A stretch of 59,778 nt of DNA from Desulfobacterales bacterium (lineage in GTDB: Bacteria > Desulfobacterota > Desulfobacteria > Desulfobacterales > JAFDHS01), in NCBI GenBank assembly GCA_030589165.1, contig JAUUWG010000001.1:1-59778 (forward strand). The letters run 5' to 3'. The notes under the pieces are model-generated. The model saw nothing but the letters and a program-made list of their open reading frames with translations. It was not told the origin of the DNA and made no database searches. How positions within the stretch are numbered: position 1 is the first letter of the stretch; each line of letters opens with the position of its first letter. Positions 47,254 through 55,025 of this stretch are shown piece after piece. Position numbers and translations under genes: made by a program.

Positions 47254-47550
47254 CTATTTGCCAATCCCGGTAAGAACAGGAGTTTTAGGCGGTTCCGCCT
47301 TTTTGAACGCATCCCTGTATTTTTTCATGTTGTACCCGGCCGCCTCTCCGTCAAGCCCGACCACCGGTTCCGGCTCCATCCCTGCCTCGGGGTTCAAAAT
47401 CTGGTTGTTTTTGGCTGATTCAAAGGACTTTCCCCAGTTCATATCGATCATTTTTGTTCTCTGACTTTTGGGCAGGTTCCCGGCACAGCCCCATAACATG
47501 ACAGAGAGCACCGCCGTCAATGCGATCAGTATTATATTGTTTTTAAACAT
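47254..47550 (-). CDS. small Tad-locus lipoprotein (possibly DUF3613-like)
   Basis: 98 aa with a signal peptide and lipobox LWGCAG. It lies immediately downstream of the secretin gene. The DUF3613 resemblance (..AAGYNMKKYRDAFKK..) is from memory only. Confidence 0.55.
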   Translation of the reverse strand: MFKNNIILIALTAVLSVMLWGCAGNLPKSQRTKMIDMNWGKSFESAKNNQILNPEAGMEPEPVVGLDGEAAGYNMKKYRDAFKKAEPPKTPVLTGIGK

Positions 47551-47578
47551 TTTCCCCTCCTATGCTCAACTTTTTGAT

Positions 47579-48991
47579 TTATTGGGTAAATATATGCCCG
47601 AATTCACCATCCAGCCCCCCGTTTTCATAAGAGACCTTCTGCCGGGACTGCCCGAAAACGCCCCAGAGGAAGAATTCGGCGTCATCCGGTTCGATGTAGT
47701 TATCTGTCGGCAAGGACTGTTCCATCATGTCAAGAGGCTTGACAAGGTGAGGGGTGACGAAAATAACCAGCTCCGTTTCCTGTTTCTGAAAAGCCTTGCT
47801 TTTGAAGAGGGCGCCGAGTATGGGGATATCCCCCAGGAACGGATACTTGGAGAGGTTCTCTCTTGCGGTTTCCTTGAGAATACCCGCAATGGCAAAGCTC
47901 TGGCCGTCTCCAAGCTCCACCCGGGTGGAGGCCCGTCGGGCCAGTAATCCCGGCACTACAGATCCCGCTATGGTCACTGCGGTTGTAAAATCTATCTCGG
48001 ATACCTCCGGCAGGACCTCGATGCTGATCCTTTTTTCACTCAGGACGGTCGGGGTGAAAGCCAGGGTTACGCCGTAGGTCTTGAACTCGACGCCGACGTT
48101 CCCATCGTCGTCTATCTTGGGTATCGGGAATTCTCCTCCGGCCAGAAAGTCCGCCGACTGACCGCTCATGGCAATCAGCGTCGGTTCGGCCAGAATTTTG
48201 ACCAGCCCGTTTCCTTGAAGCACATCAAGTACGCCGGTCCACTGGTTTGAACCGGAATTAAAACGAAATGCCCCGGCTGCCTGCGCGCCTAAAGTAAGAT
48301 CTCCGCCCGGGAAAAGGTCCATACCGTCCTCAAGATCGATAAGCCCCCCGAGTAAGGTGAGGGCAAACTCTCCGGAAGCGTTTACCCAGTTGAAATTGAT
48401 CCCCAGGTTGTTGGCCACGCTCCGGGACATTTCCGCGATTTTGACTTCCAGCATGACCTGGTGTGTCCCGGCCACCTTGAGTAAATTGACGATCTTGTCT
48501 TCGGGGGCGAATGCCCTCGTCAGTGCCAGAACTTCGGAGAGATTTTCGGTACTGGATACCATACCGGAAAGGGTGATGGAGTTGTTGGTGGCAATGACGC
48601 GGATATCCTTTTCGTTGGGAAGGATATCATGTATTCTTTGCTTGAGCCGTGACACATCAAAAGAGACCTCTATGTCATAAAGCTCGGACTCTTTGTTGCT
48701 GTGCCACAGGATCATGTTGGTGACCCCCGCGGCTTTTCCGATGATATAAACCTGGCGGGAAGAGAGAAGCGTAAAGTCGGCAATATCCGGAGCGGCTATG
48801 GAAACGCGTTTGACCGGCCTGGCGCTTTTCAGGATAACTGTTTTGCCCACCAGCACTTCAAGTTTTCCGGATTTCCGGAATCCCGGCTGAACATTCTCCG
48901 CCGCCGAGGCGTCGGCGGTAAAGATCAACAAAACAATTGCAAAACCAACAGCTGCTATTCCCGTTGTAGAGAATTTTTTGGGTATGAACAT
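47579..48991 (-). CDS. cpaC: Flp pilus secretin CpaC/RcpA
   Basis: 470 aa with a signal peptide and N-terminal BON-like region. The secretin C-domain has PFLGDIPILGALFKS..ETELVIFVTPHLV. Confidence 0.9.
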   Translation of the reverse strand: MFIPKKFSTTGIAAVGFAIVLLIFTADASAAENVQPGFRKSGKLEVLVGKTVILKSARPVKRVSIAAPDIADFTLLSSRQVYIIGKAAGVTNMILWHSNKESELYDIEVSFDVSRLKQRIHDILPNEKDIRVIATNNSITLSGMVSSTENLSEVLALTRAFAPEDKIVNLLKVAGTHQVMLEVKIAEMSRSVANNLGINFNWVNASGEFALTLLGGLIDLEDGMDLFPGGDLTLGAQAAGAFRFNSGSNQWTGVLDVLQGNGLVKILAEPTLIAMSGQSADFLAGGEFPIPKIDDDGNVGVEFKTYGVTLAFTPTVLSEKRISIEVLPEVSEIDFTTAVTIAGSVVPGLLARRASTRVELGDGQSFAIAGILKETARENLSKYPFLGDIPILGALFKSKAFQKQETELVIFVTPHLVKPLDMMEQSLPTDNYIEPDDAEFFLWGVFGQSRQKVSYENGGLDGEFGHIFTQ

Positions 48992-49070
48992 GGATCCATT
49001 TCCTCCCGGGTCGCTATAATTTATATTTTTTTGCTTTTATCAAGCTTCTTTGGCTGCTTTTACGCTTTTG

Positions 49071-49191
49071 GTCTCTTAATTCTGAAATTTGTGCTTTTTA
49101 TCCAAGTATATAAAAAGACGGAGCGAAGCGACTCATCAACTTTAGTCACTTTAGCTCACTTTAGTCACTTTAGTCACTTTAGCTCACTTTT
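49071..49191 (+). repeat. composite intergenic repeat: 31-nt family-2 module fused to a CACTTTAG half element (copy 9)
   Basis: GTCTCTTAATTCTGAAATTTGTGCTTTTTAT is followed by TATATAAAAAGACGGAGCGAAGCGACTCATCAACTTTAG TCACTTTAG CTCACTTTAG TCACTTTAG TCACTTTAG CTCACTTTT. Confidence 0.85.
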
Positions 49192-50052
49192 TTAGGCATC
49201 TTTCATTACCTTTTTACTTTTTTGAATTCCTTTGATTATTTCTATATTGTGAGTACTCCTTCTCACTCTCTTTTTAGAAGCTACCCGTCTCCCCTTTGAT
49301 ACGGCCTTTTTCGGGGGTTCGACCGGGCGGTAGGCGGCAAGCGTTTGCGGAAAGGTTGCCCCTGTTGTCAGCACCGTTTCGGTATCCAAGGCATTTCTGA
49401 GGGCAAACCGGAGCTTCCCCTGCGAGGAGGCAAGGGAGAGTCTCTCCCCCTCTTCGGGCGTGACTTCCAGGGTGTAGATATCCACCGGAGCCGGTTTCCC
49501 GTCCTTATTTTTCCCAAGCTGAGTACCGGTTGCGAGCACACGCATGTTTTCAAAAATGGTCTTGTTTATCTTCTCTTTGGTTTTGGGATCGGTGGTCATT
49601 ATCATGATATCCACGTGATCACCCGGGCAGATAAGCCCGGATATCCCGAGGATTTTATTGCCTGCCACGGCCATGGCCCGTTTTCCGGGTTTTATAATTG
49701 CCGACACGCCGCCCCTGGTTACGCTTTTTGAAGCCAGCCTGGATTCCAGGATGAGCTCCTTTCTTTTCAAGGGCGTGATGACAACCCTTCCGGTCAGCTT
49801 TTCAGGGTCTGAAAAAGATCCGGGGGGAAGGCTCTCTTCAAAAAAAGGGACAAACTTTACCATCTCCGGTTTCAGTTTAGTCCCCCACGGCAGGTCCACT
49901 TCCGCCACGGCAACCCGCATGGCCTTGGTCTTTACTTTTAGCACTTTTTGGGGAGTCGTCTGAGTCTTCATCCACTTATATAAAAAGGTACTGGCAGTAA
50001 CAGCAATCAACAAAGCCAATACAATAGGACCCATTGCCTTCCACTTTCCCAT
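49192..50052 (-). CDS. cpaB: Flp pilus assembly protein CpaB/RcpC
   Basis: 286 aa. It has an N-terminal TM segment, a SAF-like region (VAVAEVDLPWGTKL) and an RcpC-like C-domain. Confidence 0.8.
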   Translation of the reverse strand: MGKWKAMGPIVLALLIAVTASTFLYKWMKTQTTPQKVLKVKTKAMRVAVAEVDLPWGTKLKPEMVKFVPFFEESLPPGSFSDPEKLTGRVVITPLKRKELILESRLASKSVTRGGVSAIIKPGKRAMAVAGNKILGISGLICPGDHVDIMIMTTDPKTKEKINKTIFENMRVLATGTQLGKNKDGKPAPVDIYTLEVTPEEGERLSLASSQGKLRFALRNALDTETVLTTGATFPQTLAAYRPVEPPKKAVSKGRRVASKKRVRRSTHNIEIIKGIQKSKKVMKDA

Positions 50053-50083
50053 GGCGGTCTCCTTTTTCTTTTTTTATTTAAAT

Positions 50084-50662
50084 TCAAATGGGGAACCTGT
50101 ATCCATAAGATTCCAAAAATATATAGAATAATGTACCGAACGCGATGGCCAGGCCATAGCACAATCGGGGTTTTTTCTCGTTTTCATCCGCAGGAATCGG
50201 AATGAGCTGTCCCGTAAACGCGAATGTCTTGAGCGTGGCTGCATGTCTCGTGATAAAATCTTTGAAATATTTACAACTGATCAGAAGGAGTAAAAGCGCG
50301 TAAATCCCGCCGGCAACGGCGGTAAACAGAGAGGCGAGAAAGATGCTCTTGGGGCCGATCAGCGCCCCTACGGCTCCCATCAGCTTGGCGTCTCCCGCTC
50401 CCATCCCTCCCATCAGGTAAGGGATGATAAAAAGAGCGATACCGAGGGCCAGGCCTCCTGCGCTGAAGAGCAAACCGTCCCAGCCGTTTGTTATGCAATG
50501 ATAGGCAAGAGCTACAACCATGGCAGGAAAGGTGAGCAGGTTGGGGATTTTCTGTATCCGAACGTCGATTATCGCGGCAATGAGAAGAATACAGCTTAAA
50601 AATATGATTAAGAAAGGATCTGTTGGCACGGTTATGGCTGTCTCTTTAATTGCGGCCGTCAC
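50084..50662 (-). CDS. tadV: prepilin peptidase TadV/CpaA (A24 family)
   Basis: 192 aa and polytopic. Both catalytic Asp contexts are present (IIDVRIQKIPN; GMGAGDAKLMGAVG). Confidence 0.85.
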   Translation of the reverse strand: MTAAIKETAITVPTDPFLIIFLSCILLIAAIIDVRIQKIPNLLTFPAMVVALAYHCITNGWDGLLFSAGGLALGIALFIIPYLMGGMGAGDAKLMGAVGALIGPKSIFLASLFTAVAGGIYALLLLLISCKYFKDFITRHAATLKTFAFTGQLIPIPADENEKKPRLCYGLAIAFGTLFYIFLESYGYRFPI

Positions 50663-50719
50663 TACGTGAGCGGCGCATTAACATTTTTATGATAAACACA
50701 ATTATTATTGATGAAGGTT

Positions 50720-50754
50720 AAGCATCTCCCATCATAATGAGAGGGGAGATGCTT
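50720..50754 (-). terminator. strong stem-loop immediately downstream of flp1 (attenuator / mRNA-stabilising hairpin; no T-run)
   Basis: AAGCATCTCCC (13-nt loop) GGGAGATGCTT forms an 11-bp perfect stem 20 nt after the flp1 stop. Confidence 0.45.
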
Positions 50755-50773
50755 GCTACGCTATGTCAAGAAC

Positions 50774-50959
50774 CTATACACCTACACCCCCTAGAGTTGA
50801 GCCAACCGTATTGAATACAGTACTTGCTTTTTCTCCTATTATTTTTACTCCCGCAATGATTACTACTGCTATCAATGCAACCATTATTGCGTACTCAACG
50901 GCCGTTGCACCCTCTTCGTCCTTAAAGAAACCAATCATTTTTTTTGTCAATTTTTTCAT
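50774..50959 (-). CDS. flp: Flp-family type IVb pilin (copy 1)
   Basis: 61 aa with the Flp motif EEGATAVEYAIMVALIAVVII. Confidence 0.9.
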   Translation of the reverse strand: MKKLTKKMIGFFKDEEGATAVEYAIMVALIAVVIIAGVKIIGEKASTVFNTVGSTLGGVGV

Positions 50960-51033
50960 TTCTTAATCTCCCTTTCTTGTTTTAGGTTATCGGCTAATCG
51001 ATTTATTTATTATAAACCGAAAAAATATGTAGA

Positions 51034-51048
51034 GCAAAGAATATGCCA
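51034..51048 (-). promoter_or_regulatory. candidate sigma54 (-24/-12) promoter for flp1
   Basis: The minus strand reads TGGCAT-ATTCT-TTGCT against the consensus TGGCAC-N5-TTGCW. It lies about 75 nt upstream of the flp1 ATG. Confidence 0.55.
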
Positions 51049-51162
51049 TGGATCTTAATGGTTTTTTAAAATATGTAACTTGCTGTATTTGTATTAATTA
51101 TGGCCCGGTAAAAAAGTTATTGAGTTACAGATATTGAAAAAAATACTTAATTTTATGAAACG

Positions 51163-51210
51163 TTTTACATACCTTTTATGTTGATTGTGAAAAATTTTAC
51201 ATATCTTTTA
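51163..51210 (-). promoter_or_regulatory. pair of 16-bp direct repeats upstream of the sigma54 element (candidate enhancer / activator sites)
   Basis: TTTTACATACCTTTTA (51163-51178) and TTTTACATATCTTTTA (51195-51210) match at 15 of 16 positions. They are spaced 32 bp apart, 115-160 bp upstream of the -24 element. Confidence 0.35.
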
Positions 51211-51312
51211 ATCACGGTTATTTTAGTTTTCTTTAAATCATAGTTATTTTACTTTGTCCATAGGGGGGAGGACTCATTTTCATGGGTAAAACTCCCAAAA
51301 CAGAAGGGGGTA

Positions 51313-51454
51313 ATACCGGGATGGGGTTAAACGTAGCCCTTTGAGCCTGTCGAATCAATCTATTTGGCCGGAAGCTCCGGTATCCTGGAGCCGATAACCC
51401 CATCATACTCCTGGCTGGAAATTATTGGCAACAGCCGGGGGAATCCCTCTATGG
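51313..51454 (-). pseudogene. remnant of a GT2 glycosyltransferase gene (internally deleted copy of 51775-52524)
   Basis: 51337-51383 matches 51887-51933 and 51384-51454 matches 52166-52235 at high identity. The intervening ~230 bp of the intact gene is absent. Confidence 0.8.
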
Positions 51455-51610
51455 CATAGCACTAGCCGTCTTACTGAACAGATTGCTTGTATTCTTTCCT
51501 AGAAAAGTTACTGCAGCAAAGATTACTATTGCAATCAAAGCAAGCATTATTGCGTACTCGACAGCCGTTGCTCCCTCTTCGTTCTTAAAAAACCCGATTA
51601 GTTTTTCCAT
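51449..51610 (-). CDS. flp: Flp-family type IVb pilin (copy 2)
   Basis: 54 aa from the ATG at 51610, which follows the RBS AAGGAG. Flp motif is EEGATAVEYAIMLALIAIVIF. The track's longer N-terminus is rejected. Confidence 0.88.
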   Translation of the reverse strand: MEKLIGFFKNEEGATAVEYAIMLALIAIVIFAAVTFLGKNTSNLFSKTASAMP

Positions 51611-51640
51611 TGCTAAAACTCCTTTTCTTATTTTAGTTTG

Positions 51641-51670
51641 CCAAAAAAACCTTGCCCTCAGGGCAGGGTC
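51641..51670 (-). terminator. terminator-like hairpin plus T7 run between the GT2 gene and flp2
   Basis: The minus strand reads ACCCTGCCCtgaGGGCAAGGTTTTTTTGG, giving 8 of 9 bp in the stem. It ends about 25 nt before the flp2 ATG. Confidence 0.45.
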
Positions 51671-51774
51671 AGAGTTCAGTGCTTTTGACATCTATCAAAT
51701 GGACTGCAATTGCAACGGCAATAATCTTTTTGCTTAACCGTTCAAACGGGTGTTTGTCTTTGAAATAATAATTA

Positions 51775-52524
51775 TCATTCATATTTATTTTTTTCTTGTT
51801 TCCGTACTTTCGTGTTTTCGTGGTTCAGGCGCTTGTGTATTTTGACAAGATCGAAAAACATCTGCAGTGAGTCCAAAACCGGGTGGACCTTTGAGCCGGG
51901 CGAATCAATCCATTTGACCGGCACTTCCAGTATTCTGTAGCCTCTTTTTTGGGCCATGACAAGGATTTCAACGTCGTAGGCGAACCTGTCAATCCGTGCG
52001 TCCTTAAACAGGCTCCTGGCCGTATCTCCTGAAAATATTTTAAAGCCGCATTGGGTATCCAGAAAATCATCCAATACCATAAACCTGACTATTTTATTGA
52101 AAACCTTGCCCATGCCCTGCCTCCACCACGGCTGTTTCCTGATGAGTGTGCTGGACTTAAGTGCCCTGGAGCCGATAACCCCATCATACTCCTGGCTGGA
52201 AATTAACGGCAACAGCCGGGGAAGTCCCTCTATGGGGGTCGAAAGATCCGCATCCGTTAACAGAATTGCATCTCCTGTAGAGGCGAGAACCCCTTTCCTC
52301 AGGGCATACCCCTTGCCCCTGTTTTTCGGGTAGCGTATCATTTTAAGATTTGTAATTTCCGGCTTATAATCCACTACCACTTGGGCGGTATTGTCCGTGC
52401 TGCCGTCGTCAACAACAATTATCTCGTAATCCTCATTCCGGCCTGTTAAATAATCCTTGATCTTAAGCAGGGATTCTCCTATCCGACGCTCTTCGTTGTA
52501 CGCGGCAATAACTATTGAAATCAT
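51775..52524 (-). CDS. family-2 glycosyltransferase (polyprenyl-phosphate hexosyltransferase-like, DPG/ArnC type)
   Basis: 249 aa. Motifs are ISIVIAAYNEE, VVDDGSTDNT and LTDADLSTP (the DxD region). Confidence 0.85.
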   Translation of the reverse strand: MISIVIAAYNEERRIGESLLKIKDYLTGRNEDYEIIVVDDGSTDNTAQVVVDYKPEITNLKMIRYPKNRGKGYALRKGVLASTGDAILLTDADLSTPIEGLPRLLPLISSQEYDGVIGSRALKSSTLIRKQPWWRQGMGKVFNKIVRFMVLDDFLDTQCGFKIFSGDTARSLFKDARIDRFAYDVEILVMAQKRGYRILEVPVKWIDSPGSKVHPVLDSLQMFFDLVKIHKRLNHENTKVRKQEKNKYE

Positions 52525-52550
52525 GGATACTCCAGGTTGTTATTTTTTTT

Positions 52551-53132
52551 GACAGGATAACAGGATAAACAAGATTAATTGAAAATGCTGTTTGTCATCA
52601 TTTTAAGTCTTTTATTTTACGCTTAATTTCAACTTTTTTTTCTCCGAAATTCAGAATCAGGCCTATAGGCTTGCCTGTAGCAACAAGGTAATTAACCAGT
52701 TGTACTTCATGGGCTTGTACAATTTGTCTAACTGACTTTAATTCCAAAATAATTGTATCTTCTACAATAATATCGGCTACAAATTTCCCGACTACCTCAT
52801 TTTCATAATATACGATAATGGGCTGTTGTGCTTTTGTGTTAAGTTCCTCTTTACGCAGTTCGATAAGCATACATTTCTCATATACGCTTTCAAGAAACCC
52901 AAATCCCATTTTATTATAAACACGGAAAGCACATCCGATAATTTTTTCTGTCAACTCACGGCATTCCATTTTATTATTAACTCCCGAAACTACAATTAAG
53001 GCCATAACTACCCAAGCATATATTTTAAAATATTGAAGTCCCCGGGAAGTAAGTTTCTTAAGGAGCTTACCTTCTTGAAATTCTGAAAAATTTTTGTTCT
53101 GACACTTATCATGTTCATCCTGTTATCCTGTC
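52551..53132. repeat. perfect 16-bp inverted repeats flanking the GxxExxY gene (cassette boundaries)
   Basis: GACAGGATAACAGGAT at 52551-52566 has its exact reverse complement ATCCTGTTATCCTGTC at 53117-53132. Confidence 0.85.
52598..52969 (-). CDS. GxxExxY protein (PD-(D/E)XK-like small protein family)
   Basis: 124 aa from the ATG at 52969. The signature GFGFLESVYEKCM (GxxExxY) is present, plus the ILELKSV..QLVNYL..GLILNFG pattern. Confidence 0.8.
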   Translation of the reverse strand: MECRELTEKIIGCAFRVYNKMGFGFLESVYEKCMLIELRKEELNTKAQQPIIVYYENEVVGKFVADIIVEDTIILELKSVRQIVQAHEVQLVNYLVATGKPIGLILNFGEKKVEIKRKIKDLK

Positions 53133-54705
53133 AAATATTTTTATTATTACCCTCTTCATCCACGACCAGCTTTACATCAGGGTATTTTTGTATCAGGGGC
53201 TGGTTTTCCGGGGTGTTTTTCACAAATATATTAGCCACCTTATCGGCATATATCAACTTCCAGTCCTTTCTCTCCATAAGAAAGACTGATAATGTCGAAT
53301 TTGCATTGTATATAATCCAGTTGATTTTATATTTTTCAATAACCTCGTCCCAACCCGGCTTGATACTTCTTACCTTTAAATACTCTTTCATTCTGTCAAC
53401 TCCGTACATATCGGATCTGCCGTCAAAAAAGACCTTGAATTCCGGCCATGCAGAATAGATGATATAGTCGCCGAACTCATCGTTATCAAACATATTTCCT
53501 TTTAGATTCTCTTTTTTCATAAATTCTACGGCAGCCACAGGCTTGCTCTTTTCATCAAACTTAAAGTCTATTTTACCGCCTGCTGCAGAAACAACGACCA
53601 ATACCATTGCTGCAACCGGCCACAAAAAACCTCTTGCGAATGCATCCGTTTCGGAAATGCTGTCTGATCTTTTTTTGAGAAAGCCGGCAAATCTTCCATT
53701 TGCCTGCTCCAATATCAATATTAACTGTCTTAATAAAATCGGCGCGGCAATGATGCCCAAAAGGGGAATATACCTTACCGAATAGAGAGACATATTGGTA
53801 AACAGCAGGATTAAAAGGAGTTCTATAAAATTTATTTTTACTTTTGAACCGGCAAATACGGCCAGCATCAAAAGCAGGAGATACTTGAACGGCATCACCT
53901 CATGAAAGTTGGGTGACATGAACTCCGAAACATGATCCATGATAAACTTGTTTGAGACCAGGTTGAAAGGAAACATCAGAATATGGAAGCCGTAAGGGTT
54001 TATCAGGGAAACAAGAAGACAGGCAACAGTTGTAAGACCAAGCAGCCCGGCCTTTTTCTTATGAAAATCTTTTTCTTTACCCTGCGAAGTAATGAACTTT
54101 GCCAGATTACCAAACAGGTAAATGCCGGTCAGAATAAAACCGGCCAGGAAACCCCCATGCAGGTTAACCCAGAGGAGCATCATCAGCGGCAGGAGATACA
54201 GATAGTTTTTATTGTTATATTGATATTCATCAAGCAGGTAATACCAGGCTATCATCAGGACCAGTGAAAATATATGGGGCCTGGCCAGCCAGTGTATTTG
54301 TGATGACACGATAACGAGTAAAACGATAAAGGCGGCCAGGATGATATTGTCTTTGTCGGTACGGATTATTTTAAGCAGCAGGTAATAAACCAGGGAGATA
54401 ATAAAAGAGAAAAAAACAACGATTCCGGTAAGGCCGAAGGCCTGGTGAACCATCGCCATAATTACCTCGGAAAGCCACTCGTGGGCGGTCCAAGGAAGGG
54501 CAGGGGAGAGGAAGGAGAACATATCCTGCTTCGGGATTGAAAGGGTTTTTATTATGTACTCTCCCGCACGTATATGATAGCCGGTATCCCCGTCGTTCAA
54601 AAGCTCCTTGCCCGCGGAAAACGACAGAAAAAGAAAAAGGGCTATAAACATAATATCGGCAATTGAAGGTATTAAAAAAGAGATGCTTTTTTTCGTCTGA
54701 GTCAT
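53131..54705 (-). CDS. polytopic membrane protein, probable GT-C-fold glycosyltransferase
   Basis: 524 aa with more than 10 predicted TM segments. The first periplasmic loop has NDGDTGYHIRAGEYI..WTAHEWLSEV, and there is a soluble C-terminal domain. The assignment rests on architecture only. Confidence 0.5.
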   Translation of the reverse strand: MTQTKKSISFLIPSIADIMFIALFLFLSFSAGKELLNDGDTGYHIRAGEYIIKTLSIPKQDMFSFLSPALPWTAHEWLSEVIMAMVHQAFGLTGIVVFFSFIISLVYYLLLKIIRTDKDNIILAAFIVLLVIVSSQIHWLARPHIFSLVLMIAWYYLLDEYQYNNKNYLYLLPLMMLLWVNLHGGFLAGFILTGIYLFGNLAKFITSQGKEKDFHKKKAGLLGLTTVACLLVSLINPYGFHILMFPFNLVSNKFIMDHVSEFMSPNFHEVMPFKYLLLLMLAVFAGSKVKINFIELLLILLFTNMSLYSVRYIPLLGIIAAPILLRQLILILEQANGRFAGFLKKRSDSISETDAFARGFLWPVAAMVLVVVSAAGGKIDFKFDEKSKPVAAVEFMKKENLKGNMFDNDEFGDYIIYSAWPEFKVFFDGRSDMYGVDRMKEYLKVRSIKPGWDEVIEKYKINWIIYNANSTLSVFLMERKDWKLIYADKVANIFVKNTPENQPLIQKYPDVKLVVDEEGNNKNI

Positions 54706-55025
54706 TTCATGGCGCCTTTCTGAATTTAAAGTTATGCTACAGTGAAATCACTGACAATGGGAAACTAAGAGAATGAGCTTAAAAAAGGGGATGAAAAGAA
54801 CTCCATTTTGGATTAAGGATCGTAATTTAAATAATTGTAAAAAAATGAGGGTTGTATGTCAAGCAACTCTGCGTTTTATTTTCTAACCGGAAATTACTGA
54901 GTTTGGATGTTTTTTTCAGTTGTTTTCTGATTTGGGTGTTGATATCTTTGTGAGGCATGAAAAAGTCTTCTTAAAGCTAATAACTTCCGTACCTTATTAT
55001 CCAACCAAAGAATTGGAGTCAGCCT

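Noticed and set aside
47135-47464. ORFs that translate repeat elements. Examples: 47135-47464 (..TLVTLVTLVTF..), 48701-49195 (..LVTLAHFSHFSHFSSLF), 33989-34399, and the N-terminal extension of 38740-39696 (..LRPLRLCGG..).
   Set aside because: The peptides are low-complexity read-through of tandem or palindromic repeats, and they overlap better-supported genes on the other strand.
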